DNA from: an uncultured Acidobacteriota bacterium
Lineage (GTDB): Bacteria > Acidobacteriota > Vicinamibacteria > Vicinamibacterales > Fen-181
NCBI GenBank assembly: GCA_963701315.1
Contig: OY969603.1
Location: 35,135-99,134, forward strand
Direction: 5' to 3'
Length of the DNA stretch: 64,000 bases
Part shown: piece after piece, positions 10,238 to 21,605 of the stretch
Numbering within the stretch: position 1 is the stretch's first letter
Layout: each line of letters begins with the position of its first letter
Translations under genes and position numbers: made by a program
The notes under the pieces: model-generated
What the model was told of the DNA's origin: nothing
Database searches by the model: none
What the model saw: only the letters and a program-made list of their open reading frames with translations

Positions 10238-11605
10238 TCACCGCGTGTAGCGGCCACTCGGCATCCGGACCGGTCCCGCGTGGAAGAACTTCTCGGGCGT
10301 CATGACGCCGTCTGTCTTGAAGACCATGCCGTTCTTCATGACGAACTGCACGTTGCGCAAGGCGTCGATGTCGGTGAGCGGGTCCCCGGCCACGGCGATG
10401 ATGTCGGCGAAGAACCCGGGCTTGATCGGGCCGCGGTCCTTGATGATGTCAGCCGCCTTGTAGCCGTTGATGGTGATGGCGCGAAGCACGTCGGCGTTCG
10501 GGATCTGGGCGGCCTTCCACGTCAGGAGGAAGTTGATCGTGAGGTCCCCTCTGGTGAGGAATTCGCCCGTCTTCGCATCCTTCATTCGCTCGTTCCAGTA
10601 GTCGAAGTCGGTCGAAAAAGTCAGCGGCACCTTCTTCTCCCAGGCGTCGTGCAGGCTGTCGACCGCCTGTTTGAACGCCGCCTCGCTGCCACGGTAGTTG
10701 GTGAAGGGCGTGTCGGTGCCGTTCAGAAAGATGCCCTTCTCGGCCATCTGCCGATGGTGCTCCGGTGTCAGCGCATTCCCGTGCGCGATGATGTAGATGC
10801 CGGCGTCAATCGCCCGCTGGGCCCCCTCTGGGGTCTGGACGTGGCCCTCCACCTTGCACCCGCCCATTGCCGCCTCGCGAATCGCCAGCTTGATGTCCTC
10901 GACCGAGTAGCCCCACGGTTTGCAGTCGATGCACAGCTTGATCGTGCGTGCGCCAAACAACATGTTCTCTCGGACGGCGCGCTGAATCTCGTCCGGGCTG
11001 TTGGCGTCGATGTACTCCGGGTACATGATGTTGTGGTACTTGTACATCTCGGGCGTCGGCCAGTACTGGCCGCCGGTGCTGCCGATCATCGGCCCCGACG
11101 GGATCACGGTCGGTCCCGGCATCCACCCTTCCTCGATGGCCTGCCGGACGGCGACGTCCGCGTAGAGCGCGTTGTTCCCCACGTCGCGCACGACCGTGAA
11201 CCCGGAGTTGAGGAGTTGGATGGCGTTCGACGCTCCTTCAACGGCTCGCAGGGGCGAAGATTCCATGATGTAGGTCAGGTAGTAGTAGTCGTTCTCCGGC
11301 CGCTCCTTGTAAGTCAGCGTCATGTGCGTGTGCGCATCCACGAGGCCCGGCATGACGGTCAGTTTCGAGAGGTCGATGACCGGGGTGCCAGGCGGGATCG
11401 GGACGTTCGATCCCACCGCCTTGATCCGCTCTCCCTCGATCAGGATGACTTGGTTGGTGGCCACTGTGGCGGTTTCCGGGTCGAGAAGCCGCCCCGCCTT
11501 GATCGCCGTCAGTGGGGCCGCTGGGTGGCCTGGCGCCTGGGCGCCCGCCACACCTGCCACCATCCACACCACGAGCTGGCACGCGAGACCGATGCGCGTA
11601 GACAT
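10238..11605 (-). CDS. Secreted amidohydrolase family protein
   Basis: IDLSKLTVMPGLVDAHTH, GFTVVRDVG, GPIKPGFFADIIAVAGDPL. Confidence 0.9.
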   Translation of the reverse strand: MSTRIGLACQLVVWMVAGVAGAQAPGHPAAPLTAIKAGRLLDPETATVATNQVILIEGERIKAVGSNVPIPPGTPVIDLSKLTVMPGLVDAHTHMTLTYKERPENDYYYLTYIMESSPLRAVEGASNAIQLLNSGFTVVRDVGNNALYADVAVRQAIEEGWMPGPTVIPSGPMIGSTGGQYWPTPEMYKYHNIMYPEYIDANSPDEIQRAVRENMLFGARTIKLCIDCKPWGYSVEDIKLAIREAAMGGCKVEGHVQTPEGAQRAIDAGIYIIAHGNALTPEHHRQMAEKGIFLNGTDTPFTNYRGSEAAFKQAVDSLHDAWEKKVPLTFSTDFDYWNERMKDAKTGEFLTRGDLTINFLLTWKAAQIPNADVLRAITINGYKAADIIKDRGPIKPGFFADIIAVAGDPLTDIDALRNVQFVMKNGMVFKTDGVMTPEKFFHAGPVRMPSGRYTR

Positions 11606-11703
11606 GCGTTCACTCCTGGAAGACGGAACATGGACCTGCCAGGTCACGGGCGGGCTGACGGTATGCCTTCGGCGCGGCGTTGTCAATCGCGCGCCCGTCG
11701 TTG

Positions 11704-12228
11704 CTAGGCGGCCGCGCGACTGACGGAGTACTCGAGGCGGACTATCCCGGTCTTGTAGACGAGGTGGCCGGTCAGGCGCAGCCTCGCTCGGTTCGCCGGC
11801 ACCGCGAGGAACGGAACCCCTCCGCCCAACAGGACGGGCTCGATAGCCACCTCCACGCTGTCCACGAGCCCGGCGTCGAGGAACCGGTTGAACAGCTCTC
11901 CGCCACCGAACAGCCAGAGGTCTTTCCGGGAACGGGCGCGTAGCGCCGCCACCGCCTCCTCGACGCCCTCGCTGATGACGGTGACCTCGGGATAGGGTTC
12001 CTGACGCAGCGTCGTCGAGAAGACGACGGTCCTCATGCCGGGCATAGTCGTGCGGTTGGCACGGACCATCGTCTCAAAGGTCCGCCGCCCAACCAGGAGC
12101 GTGTCGAACTGCGCGACCAGCGCTCCGAAGTCCATCTCCGGGTCCATGACGATCCAGTCCGCTTCACCGTTGGGGCCCGCGATGTACCCGTCCAGGCTCA
12201 TGGCCACCGCGTACCGAATCCGTGCCAT
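11704..12228 (-). CDS. Dihydrofolate reductase / RibD C-terminal family protein
   Basis: AMSLDGYIAGPNGE, LVGRRTFE, FGGGELF, PVLLGGG. Confidence 0.9.
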   Translation of the reverse strand: MARIRYAVAMSLDGYIAGPNGEADWIVMDPEMDFGALVAQFDTLLVGRRTFETMVRANRTTMPGMRTVVFSTTLRQEPYPEVTVISEGVEEAVAALRARSRKDLWLFGGGELFNRFLDAGLVDSVEVAIEPVLLGGGVPFLAVPANRARLRLTGHLVYKTGIVRLEYSVSRAAA

Positions 12229-12377
12229 CCGCCCCCTCCAGTCGTCCGCTCCGGCGCCCGGCACGCATGAGCCGCACGCCACCATGTGCCAGTCCCAGGA
12301 GGTGATGCCGCCCGTTCTGCGCAAAACGCCGTACGCATGAGTGGCCCTTCGGCCGCACCATCGACGGGCCGCCGATC

Positions 12378-12926
12378 CTAGGCCGGCCCCCGCTTTCCAC
12401 TGGGCCGTGTCATCGTATATATGACGTCGTCCAGCACGAAGACGAGCCGCCCCTTGCTGTCGAGGTGATAGTCGAACGTGCCGGTGTCGCAGTCAACGCG
12501 CAGCGTGGGCGCCTCCGGCGGTCCGAGTCCGAGGCTCCTCGCGAGGGCCGATTCTCTTCCCGACGGCAGGGAACCCTGAAAAAGGCCCTTCGGCGGGATG
12601 AGGACGGTGCCGTAGGTAGCGTGGGCGCACCCGACCGGCGACGGCCCCCGGACCCGGCTGGCCTCGAACGCGATCTGAGAGGGCAGGAGCGGAGTTTCCG
12701 CCTTGGTCAACCGGTGCGGTGGCGTCCAGGGGGCGGCGGCTGCATCAACGACCCGCCACACGCCCGCAAACATCAGGTCGGGGGACGGCCCCATCGGCTG
12801 GGCATCGCCGCCAGCGGCCGAGCCAAGCAGCAGGAAGCCCCCGCCCACGGCGACGAGGCACCCGAGGGCAAAGACCCGTCCGCCGGGCCGCGGCCCGTAC
12901 CACGAACCCAGGAGTGTGACTCGCAT
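12378..12926 (-). CDS. Hypothetical exported protein
   Basis: Hydrophobic signal-like segment then a globular region (P.GLFQG..., VDCDTG.FDYH); start uncertain. Confidence 0.6.
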   Translation of the reverse strand: MRVTLLGSWYGPRPGGRVFALGCLVAVGGGFLLLGSAAGGDAQPMGPSPDLMFAGVWRVVDAAAAPWTPPHRLTKAETPLLPSQIAFEASRVRGPSPVGCAHATYGTVLIPPKGLFQGSLPSGRESALARSLGLGPPEAPTLRVDCDTGTFDYHLDSKGRLVFVLDDVIYTMTRPSGKRGPA

Positions 12927-13148
12927 CCCGTGCCCTCCTCGTTCGCACGTCCTTTTCCGCGCCGACACGTCGCTGGGGCATTCTCGCACACCCGGTGGCG
13001 GGGTGTCGGAAGCCCAGCCGTAACGGCCCTGCTATAATCGGCGTCGCTCCGCGCGGTCGTGGCCAGCGTTTCTCGCACCGACGTGGCGTGCCTGGCGAGC
13101 GTGAGAGACCGGCGACCTACGTGCAGATCCGCGTCGCGGGGGCGACCG

Positions 13149-13646
13149 ATGAACTACCTGTTCGTCAAGGCGGTGCTCGCGTTCCTCGTCTTGCCTGGGC
13201 TCGTCGGCTACGTCATTCCCTGCCTGATCGGCACACGACGAGCCTCGACAACGCCACTCGGCTGGCTTGGACTCGGCCCGTTGATCCTGGGGAGCGCGCT
13301 GTTGTTCTGGTGTGTGCGCGCCTTGTACCGGGAGGGCCGCGGCACGCTCGCTCCGTGGAACCCGCCACGCCACCTCGTCGTCTCCGGCGTGTACGGGCTG
13401 TCGCGGAACCCGATGTATGTCGCCGTCGTGCTCGTGCTGTGGGGTTGGGCCGTCTGGTTCTCGTCGCGGGCCCTCGTCGTCTACGCGTTGGTCGCGATGG
13501 TCGTCTTCCACCTCCGAGTGGTGCTCGCCGAAGAGCCGTGGCTGGCTCGCCGGCACGGAGAGCGGTGGATCGGATATCGGGCGCGCGTGCCGCGCTGGCT
13601 GGGGGCCCGCCAGGTGGTCGGTCGCCGCGGGACGCCGCCACGCTGA
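13149..13646 (+). CDS. Isoprenylcysteine carboxylmethyltransferase / PEMT family membrane protein
   Basis: GRGTLAPWNPP..LVVSGVY..SRNPMY, EEPWL...YRARVPRW. Confidence 0.88.
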   Translation: MNYLFVKAVLAFLVLPGLVGYVIPCLIGTRRASTTPLGWLGLGPLILGSALLFWCVRALYREGRGTLAPWNPPRHLVVSGVYGLSRNPMYVAVVLVLWGWAVWFSSRALVVYALVAMVVFHLRVVLAEEPWLARRHGERWIGYRARVPRWLGARQVVGRRGTPPR

Positions 13647-13758
13647 CGCCCGAGGCGTGCTGGCCTGCCGAGTCCACGCCGGCGCCCCGGCCGCTCGATC
13701 CAGGCGCCCGCATCTGCCTGAACCCCGGGTATGCACCGACTCCGACCACACGCGCCAG

Positions 13759-14346
13759 ATGACCAGGCTTGACCTGACCGCTCTGTACGTCGTCGGCTTG
13801 ATCGCCGCCGAAGCCCTGCGTGGGCTCTGGCGGCTGCGCCGAAGGCGGACCGGCCGGACTCGCCGCGGCCCCACCGGAATGTCGCGGCGCTGGGAACAGC
13901 TGGTCCTCCTCGCGATAGCTGTGGGCATCTGGCTGCTCCCCCTGACCTACGCGCTCACGCCATGGCTTCACTCCTTCGACTATGCGCTGCCCGTCTGGGC
14001 CGGGTGGGTGGGCGCGAGCGTGTTCGGAGTGTCGCTGGGAGTTCGGTCGGCGGCGCACCGGCGTCTGGGAACGCAGTGGTCAGGCACCCTGGCGACCGCG
14101 CCGGAGCAGACCTTGGTGACAGACGGGATCTATGCGCACGCCAGACACCCGATCTATGTGTCGCTGGTGGGATGGGCGGCGGCCCAGCCGCTGCTCCTCC
14201 AGAACCTGCTCGCCGGGTTCGGCGGGGCGGTCGCCGTGGCGCTGATCTGGCTGGTCCGCGTGCCTCGCGAGGAGGCCATGATGCTGGAGCGATTCGGGGA
14301 CGCCTACCGACACTACATGGCGCACACGGGACGGTTCCTCTCGTAG
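13759..14346 (+). CDS. Isoprenylcysteine carboxylmethyltransferase family protein
   Basis: LGTQWS, LVTDGIYAHARHPIY, REEAMMLERFGDAYRHY. Confidence 0.88.
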   Translation: MTRLDLTALYVVGLIAAEALRGLWRLRRRRTGRTRRGPTGMSRRWEQLVLLAIAVGIWLLPLTYALTPWLHSFDYALPVWAGWVGASVFGVSLGVRSAAHRRLGTQWSGTLATAPEQTLVTDGIYAHARHPIYVSLVGWAAAQPLLLQNLLAGFGGAVAVALIWLVRVPREEAMMLERFGDAYRHYMAHTGRFLS

Positions 14347-14757
14347 ACCCGGCCGCGAGGCCCCCGCCCCACGCCCACGGCAGGACGCGCGACGACCGGG
14401 ACCACTCCCACGTCGCGACACCAGGTGTCCGCGGGGCGGGAGGGATGCCAGTGCTCCGCACGGGCGTTTTCCGCTCGCGTCTCACCCGGCGACCCCTGCC
14501 GGCACCGTCCCCCGGCCGTGCGGCGCCAGCGGGTTGCGCGCCTGGGGGCGTCACGTTGGGGGGCGCGTGCGCCAGTCCTTGGCCTGTCTGCCGACCAAAC
14601 GGCCAGCCGAACCGTGTCTGATGAGGCGCCACGCCGAGCGACCCTGCAATCGGCGTACGGGCGAGAAGCAGGCGGGTTGGCCTGACCGTTCGCTGCGATT
14701 CCGCAGCCGCGGGACATCCGTTCCGCGCCACGTCCTCCCAGGCGTGAAGGAGGTTGC

Positions 14758-15426
14758 ATGAACACGACACACCCGACCGCTGCAGCGGTACGGATCTCGA
14801 TGGTCCTGTCGTCGTTGGCTGTGGTCGCCGCCCATCCCGCCGTGCACCCGGCCGCGGCGGCGCGCCAGGCCGGTATCTACATCGCGGCCGCCGGCGCCGA
14901 CGGCGGGGAGAATCTCCACCTGATCGTTGGCGCCAGACCGCATGAGGTGAAGACCCCCGTCATGGGCAAGATGATGCTCTCGGGCGGTCTGCTCAAGCCG
15001 TCGATGCTCCTCGTGCTGGCCGGTCCCACCGCCGACGTGCGCGTCGCGACCCCGACGCCGGCGTTCTACTTCTACTTCGACACGGCACCCGCGGAGCGCC
15101 CGAGCGATCCCATGGCGGCGATCAGCCAGATGATGGGTGGGGACGGGATGCCGCAAGGCGCCAAGACCGCGGCCGACTTCACGCTCGTACGCCTCACGCT
15201 GACCGAGGAAGGACGCCAGGCCAATCTCGGAAAGCTCGGGTCCACCAGCGCCAAGCCCAAGGATGCGATCGAGTGCGTGCAGGAGCGGCTCGCGCAGGGC
15301 CAGTACCGACTCCGGCCAAAGGACCCGCTGCCGCCTGGCGAGTACGCGTTCTTCTTCACCAATGCCATGGGGGCGGCAGCCGGCGCAGGGTCTGCGTGGG
15401 ATTTTGGCATCGACACCACGAAGTAG
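14758..15426 (+). CDS. Hypothetical exported protein
   Basis: Strong RBS (GAAGGAGG), signal peptide, C-terminal LPPGEYAFF...AWDFGID. Confidence 0.75.
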   Translation: MNTTHPTAAAVRISMVLSSLAVVAAHPAVHPAAAARQAGIYIAAAGADGGENLHLIVGARPHEVKTPVMGKMMLSGGLLKPSMLLVLAGPTADVRVATPTPAFYFYFDTAPAERPSDPMAAISQMMGGDGMPQGAKTAADFTLVRLTLTEEGRQANLGKLGSTSAKPKDAIECVQERLAQGQYRLRPKDPLPPGEYAFFFTNAMGAAAGAGSAWDFGIDTTK

Positions 15427-15560
15427 GTCGACCGAGCGGGGTGCCTTCGAGCACGGAACGGTGAGGCGACGGTCGGGCGCCGGCAGAGGGGTGTCGCGCG
15501 GCGACAGGCGCCTTCCGCCGTCCGCCGCGGCCCTGAGAGACGCGGGACCGTTGGCGCGCC

Positions 15561-18500
15561 TCACACCTTGAGGACGTCGTCCTTCCGTGCAACGGCCGCG
15601 TAGAGCGCGGGAGCCATGAAGATCGACAGAAACAGCCGCGAGATGAGGCCGCCGACGACGACGATCGCGAAGGGCTTCTGCGAATCGCTCCCGATGCCGG
15701 TGGACATCGCCGCGGGCAGCAGGCCGAAGCAGGCCACTAGGGCGGTCATCATGATCGGTCGGAGCCGCAGCATCGCCGCCTCGTAGGTGGCGGTGACGAT
15801 CTCATGGCCCTCCCGCCGCAGCTTGTTGATGAACGAGTACAGGATGACACTCGTCTGCACGGCGACGCCGGTCAGCGCCAGGAAACCGAGACCGGATGAT
15901 ACGCTGAAGTTCGTGCCGGTGAGCTTGAGCGCCAGCAGGCCGCCGACAGGCTCCGTCACGAGCACGCTGAAGACGATGATGATCGGGAACTTGAGATTGC
16001 CGTACAGCGCGAACAGGATGAGGAGAATCAGGACCAGCGTGAGCGGCATGATGACCTTCATCTGCTCGCGCGCGGCCAGGTAGTCCTTGTACTCACCGCC
16101 CCAGTCGAAGCGGTAGCCGACGGGCAGCCGGACGGCTCGCTGGACCTCCTCGCGGGCCTGTCCGATGGCGCCGGCCAGGTCGCGTCCGTCGACGCTGAAC
16201 TGCACGCCGATGTACCGCTCGTTCCCCTCGCGGTAGATGAAGGACGCCCCGTTGTCGACGTCGACCCGACAGAACTGGCTGAGCGGCAGGTTCTGGCCGT
16301 CGGGCGTGGTCACGAGCAGGTTGCGGATGACGTCCGCGTTGCGGCGGAACGGCTCCTGCATCCGCACGACCAGGTCGAACTGCCGCTCGCCTTGGATGAC
16401 CTGCGACACCGCCGACCCGCCGATGCCCGCCTCGATGAGCGTATTGATGTCGGCGACGTTGAGGCCGTACCGCGCGATCGCGTCGCGGTTGGGTTCGATG
16501 ACCAGGCTCGGCTGGCCGAGCTCCCGGACGATGGAGACGTGCTCGATGCCCCGCACGCCCGAAATGACCCGCTTGACCGCGTCGGCCTTCTCCTCGAGCG
16601 TTCGCAGAATCCGGCCCGAAGATCTTGACGGCGAGCGAGCTCTTCAGCCCGGTCTCGGCTTCGTCCACCGCGTCCTCGGCCGGCTGCGTGTGATTGAAGA
16701 TGACCCCGGGAAATGCCGCCAGCTTCTCGTCGATGGCTTCGATCAGCTGCGGCTTGGTTCGGATCGAGCCGGTGTGCCAGGCCGGGTCGTCGTAGGGCTT
16801 GAGACCCACGTAGAATTCGTTGTTGAAGAAGCCCGTCGGGTCGGTACCATCGTCCGGGCGGCCGAGCTCGTTGGCCACCGTGGTCACCTGCGGGAAGCTC
16901 CGCAGGATCGCGCGAACTTTGGGCGAGAGTTTCGCGGCTTCCTCCCACGAGATGGTGTAGGGGGTCGTGGCGCGGATCCAGAGCGCGCCTTCGTCGAGGT
17001 GCGGCATGAACTCCGCGCCGATGAACGGGATGAGCAGCAACGACGCGGCGAAGACCCCCAGGCACACCATGACGGTCGCCAAGGGGCGCTGCAAACAGAC
17101 CTTTAGCAGCCGCCCGTAGGCGTTGCGCACGCGCTCGTAGAGGCGGACGTTCGGCTCCCGGACGTTCCGCGCGAGGAAGAGCGAACAGAGCACCGGCAGG
17201 AGCGTCAAGGTGAACAGCAGCGACCCGACCAGCGCGAAGGACATCGTGCTGGCCATCGGGTGGAAGAGTCGTCCGGACGGCCCGGTCAACGCATAGATGG
17301 GCAGGTACGCCGCGATGATGACGGCGATGGCATAGAAGATCGGCCGCTCGACGTCCCGGGCTGCCGCACGAATGATGTCCACCACCCCGCTCCGCTGGTC
17401 GGCGTGCGCGGCTACCTCGCGGAAGATGTTCTCGACCATCACGACCGCAGCGTCGACGATGATCCCGAAGTCGATCGCGCCGATCGAGAGCAGGTTCGCC
17501 GGGATGTTGCGCCAGTCCAGGCAGATGAACGCGAACAGGAGGGAGAAGGGGATCGTCACTGCCACGATCAGCGCCGAGCGCGCGCTCAGGAGGAACAGCC
17601 CGAGGACGAGAAGGACGAGCACCATGCCGCGCACCAGGTTGGCCTCGACCGTCTTGGTGGTTTCCTGGAGCAGGTCCTGGCGGTCGTAGTACGGCACGAT
17701 CTTCACGTCGGGCGGGAGCACCCGCTCGTTGAGCTCCTTGGTCAGCTGCTCGACCTTCTTCAGGACCACCTGCGCCTGTTCGCCCGTCCGCATCAAGATC
17801 ACGCCTTCGACGGCGTCGTCTTGGTCGACGTAGCCGAACTCCCCGAGTCGCGGCGCGTAGCCGGTCACCACCTCGCCGAGGTCGCGGACCCGAATCGGGA
17901 TGCCGCCGCGGGCCGCGACGACGATGTTGCCGATGTCATCGGTCGTCTTCACGAGGCCGAGGCCGCGGACGTAGTAGAACTGGCCGCCTTGTGTGTAGAA
18001 GCCACCCCCGGCGTTCGCGTTGTTGGCGGCGACCTGCTGCATCACCTGCGACACGCTCACGCCCCGTGCGAACAGCCGGTACGGATCCAGCAGGACCTGG
18101 TACTGCAGCGTCGCGCCACCGAAACCGGAATCGTCCGCCACCCCCTGAATCGCCCGGTACCGGCGCTCGAGGACCCAGTCCTCGATCGTCTTCAGCTCCA
18201 GGGGCGCGCGGTCCGGGCTCTGGATGACGTAGCGGTAGATCAAGCCGCTTGGGCTGAACAAGGGCGAGATCACCGGGGTGACGCCCGAGGCCAGCTGCGC
18301 GTTGGGCAGCCGCTCGAAGGCCTGCTCGCGGGCAAAGTACGGATCGGCGTCGTAGTCGAAGTTCATCGTCACCGACGACAATCCGTAGAGCGAGATCGAC
18401 CGCAGCGCATCCAGTTTCGGGATGCCGTTCATCTCGACCTCGATCGGGATCGTGATCAGCCGCTCCACCTCCTCCGCGGCGTGACCCGGCCACTGCGTGA

Positions 18501-18648
18501 CGATCTCGACGTGGGGCGGCGACAGGTCGGGGTAGGCATCGATGGGCAACTTGCCGAAGGAGATGACACCCCAGACGCTGAGCGCGAGGATGGCGATGGT
18601 CACCATCAGGCGCTGCGACAACGCGAAGGAGACAATGCGGTCGATCAT
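15561..18648 (-). CDS. CusA/CzcA heavy-metal RND efflux permease (one extra base at 16608-16609)
   Basis: LPIDAYPDL, AIDFGIIVDAAVVMVEN, RLRPIMMTALVA. The two ORFs join as KIFGPDLRTLEEKA after removing one base; 1028 aa. Confidence 0.93.
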
Positions 18649-18651
18649 GGG

Positions 18652-19791
18652 CTACCGCTCGTAGGTCTCGGCGAACTGCAGGAACAGGCCACCCTCGGCG
18701 ACGATCGTGTCGCCAGCTTGCAAGCCCGAGAGGACCTCGAACCACGCCCCGCGCTGGGCGCCGACCCGGACGGAAGTGCGGGCGAAGCGTCCCGGTTGCA
18801 CCTCGCGGTAGACGATCGGGAGGTTCTCGCCGGTGTAGAGGACCGCCGAGGTCGGCACCGTCACGACGTTGTGGCGGGTTGAAGTGTGGATGACGAGCTC
18901 GACGAACTGATCTTTCTTGAGCACGCCAGCAGGATTGGCCGTGACCACGCGCACCGGGGTGGTCCGCGTGGCCGGATCGAGCATGGCACCGACGTACGAC
19001 ACCGTGCCGCGAAAGGGCATGGGCGAGGCCTGGAGACGCACGTCGACCGGGTTGCCCGTGGACACGACCGGGACGTCCGGGTCGTGCAGGTGGCCCTGTA
19101 CCCAGACCGTCCTCGTGTCGCTGATGAGGAAGCAGGTGGTGGTCGCTGCCTGCACAAGCTGCCCCGGCAGTACCAGCTTCTGCACGATGACGCCGGCGAT
19201 GGGTGCCCGGACCGCCATCTCGGTCCCGATCGGCACGTTTTGCCGCTGGGCCTCCTCGATCTCTCTCGCCGTGACCCCGAAAATGCGCAACGCCTGCAAG
19301 CCGTTCTGCACGTCCGTGAAGGCGTCGTTGTAGTCCGCCTGGGCGGACTCGAGATCCTTCGGCGCGATCACATGATGGGCCAGCAGGTCTGCGCTCCGGT
19401 CGAGCGTGCGCTTCGACAGGTCGAGCCGATTGGCGGCCTTCTTGTACGTGGAGACCGCGCCGGCCAAATCAGGGCTCGACACGTAGAGCAGGGGTTCGCC
19501 CGCCGCCACCCGATTGCCCAGATCGACGACGATGCGAGAGATCGGCCCGCTCACCTGGGTGATGGTCTGGGTGGTGTGGTCGGCGTCCCAGTCCACCGTG
19601 CCCGTTGTCTGGACGTCCGTCGTCCAGGTCGTCACGCCGAGGCGTATCAAACGCAGCTGGGACAGCTGGGCTGGGGCCACCGTGAATAGCGCAGGGCGAT
19701 CGGCGGCGCGCTGGTCGGTGTCGGCACGGGGCGTCTGGCTGCAGCCGGTCGCCAGCAACACGAGGGGCAGGAAGACAGCAGCCGGTTTCAC
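18652..19791 (-). CDS. RND efflux periplasmic adaptor (CzcB/CusB-like), lipoprotein
   Basis: LATGC lipobox, VRAPIAGVIV, LDPATRT, EVLSGLQAGD. Confidence 0.92.
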   Translation of the reverse strand: MKPAAVFLPLVLLATGCSQTPRADTDQRAADRPALFTVAPAQLSQLRLIRLGVTTWTTDVQTTGTVDWDADHTTQTITQVSGPISRIVVDLGNRVAAGEPLLYVSSPDLAGAVSTYKKAANRLDLSKRTLDRSADLLAHHVIAPKDLESAQADYNDAFTDVQNGLQALRIFGVTAREIEEAQRQNVPIGTEMAVRAPIAGVIVQKLVLPGQLVQAATTTCFLISDTRTVWVQGHLHDPDVPVVSTGNPVDVRLQASPMPFRGTVSYVGAMLDPATRTTPVRVVTANPAGVLKKDQFVELVIHTSTRHNVVTVPTSAVLYTGENLPIVYREVQPGRFARTSVRVGAQRGAWFEVLSGLQAGDTIVAEGGLFLQFAETYER

Positions 19792-21096
19792 TGGAGGACC
19801 TGCTTTCCGACCACGAAGTTGACTTGCTCGATGCTCGTCATCCAGGCGGCGACCGCCTGGCGATAGGCGAGCTCAGTGGCCCGGTACGTCCGTTCCGCGT
19901 CGAGCAGGTCCAGCAGACCCGTCGCGCCCCTGGTATACGCGTAACGGCTGATCTCACGCGACTGGCGTGCCTGCTCCAGGTAACCGGACTCGTAGAGGGA
20001 CACGACCTTTTCGTTCGTGTTGAACGACGCCTGCGCGTTGACGACATCGGTCAGGACCGAGATCCGAGTGGCCGACTCTGTCTCGCGGGCCTGGTCCGCG
20101 GCGAACCGGCTGCGGGCGACCTCGCCTTGGTTCCGGTTGTGGATGGGGATCTCGAACGACAAGCCGAACCCGAGCCCATTCATGGGCCCGCTGCGGTCGG
20201 TACTCGACCTCCCAGGTCACATCGCGGACGCGGTCGGCCTGCGCGAGGCTGAGCGTGCTGTCGGCCACCTTGGTGCCGACCCGGGCCGACTGGAGGTCGG
20301 GCCGAGCGGCGAGGGCCTCGCGCTGCAGGACCTCGAGCGAGACCGCGGTGGGCCGATGCGCAAGCTCGCCGGAGATGTCGAAGTCCTCCGCCACCGTGTC
20401 GTACCCCGCGAGCTGGCGGAGCGACGCCTTGGCCTGAATCAGCGCGACCTCCGCGGCCGACACGTCCTGCTCGAACTGCAGCTTCTGCAACGCGATCTTC
20501 AGGTAGTCGCCCTCTGCCAGATCGCCGCTTGATGCCCGGCGTTTGTTCAACTCGACGACCTCGGTGAACTCCTTCAGATCCTGTTGCGCGAACTCGAGCG
20601 TGGCCTTCGCCAGCAGGACGTTCACGAAGGCCTGGCCGACCTGGAACCGCACCTGGCGCTCGGCGTCGTCCACGGTCCGGGCCGTCATCTCGGTGGTGTC
20701 CCGTGCCACCTGGACGCGGCGGTCGCGTTTGCCGCCGCGCTCGAGCAGGTAGCTCACCGACTCGGTGAACGTCTGGTTGTTGGCCAAGTTCGAGAACGTG
20801 AGCTGGCCCGGCGTGAAGACCGGGAAGTCCTGGTTGGTTGATGTGAACACCAGGTTCGGCTTGAGGCCGGCCGTCGTCTCTTCGGCGCGTGACTCGTCGA
20901 TGGTCAGACGTTGCGCTCGAAGCGACTGATTGCGCTGCAGGGCCAGCGCCACTGCCTGGTCCTTGGTCAGCAGGCGGACCGGGGTCGCGGACGACGTCGG
21001 AACCTGACCACTGACCGATGCCGGAACCAGGATCGTGAGCACTACGGCTGAGGCGGCGAGACTCGTGTAGTGAGAGGTGAAGAAGCTGTGAGGCAT
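19788..21096 (-). CDS. TolC/CzcC family outer-membrane efflux channel (one extra base at 20199-20200)
   Basis: ERGGKR, ARPDL, IPIHNRNQGE, LLDLLDAERTY. The two ORFs join as VEYDRSGPMNG after removing one base; 435 aa. Confidence 0.9.
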
Positions 21097-21170
21097 ATCA
21101 ATTCAGGCCCGGCCGTCACTCGCGCGGCCATCAGGGGGTTCGACCGACGAAGGTACAATAAGTATTAAAC

Positions 21171-21187
21171 AGCAAGGCGGGTACCAA
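21171..21187 (-). promoter_or_regulatory. Putative sigma54 (-24/-12) promoter of the RND operon
   Basis: Minus strand TTGGTACCCGCCTTGCT (GG-N10-GC), followed by an AT-rich stretch, about 75 nt upstream of the TolC ATG. Confidence 0.6.
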
Positions 21188-21605
21188 TTGTCCAGCTGAC
21201 CAAGCCGGGCCCCAGGACGCGCGACGGGTTGGCACAGCCTCGGCATCGATGGAACTTCGGCTTCCCGCCGCCCGCCCGGGTCCCAGCGCGGCGGGGGCGG
21301 CGTCATCGGCAAGTGGCGGCGGGTGTCATCGGCGCGGGACAGTGGCGACCGACTCCGCCGGGTGCAGCCCGGTGATCCGCGGCCTGGGCAACGTCCTTCC
21401 AACCTCGGCCAGAGCGACCCGGCCTCGTCTGAGCGTCCCACCGTGCGGAAGGGTTCGGGTCAGCCGCATGGGGGATGCGCGGGTTCGACGTGGGGCCCCC
21501 ACGCACACCGGGCAATCCTCGCCGCCGCCTTCGGCCGACGCCACCGTGTCGCCACGCCGGGGACGGTCTGGACCGCGGCGGCTCAGGCTGACCCAGCGCT
21601 CTCCG

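Noticed and set aside
9110-11707. 865 aa plus-strand ORF and many similar long ORFs (e.g. 449..1270, 17260..18882, 62734..63888)
   Set aside because: Antisense or alternate-frame shadows of well-supported genes; expected at this GC content, and they lack motifs.
21230-21246. Plus-strand TGGCAC-N-GC sigma54-like motif
   Set aside because: Weak -12 box, and it points toward the 3' end of a convergent gene with no ORF to drive.
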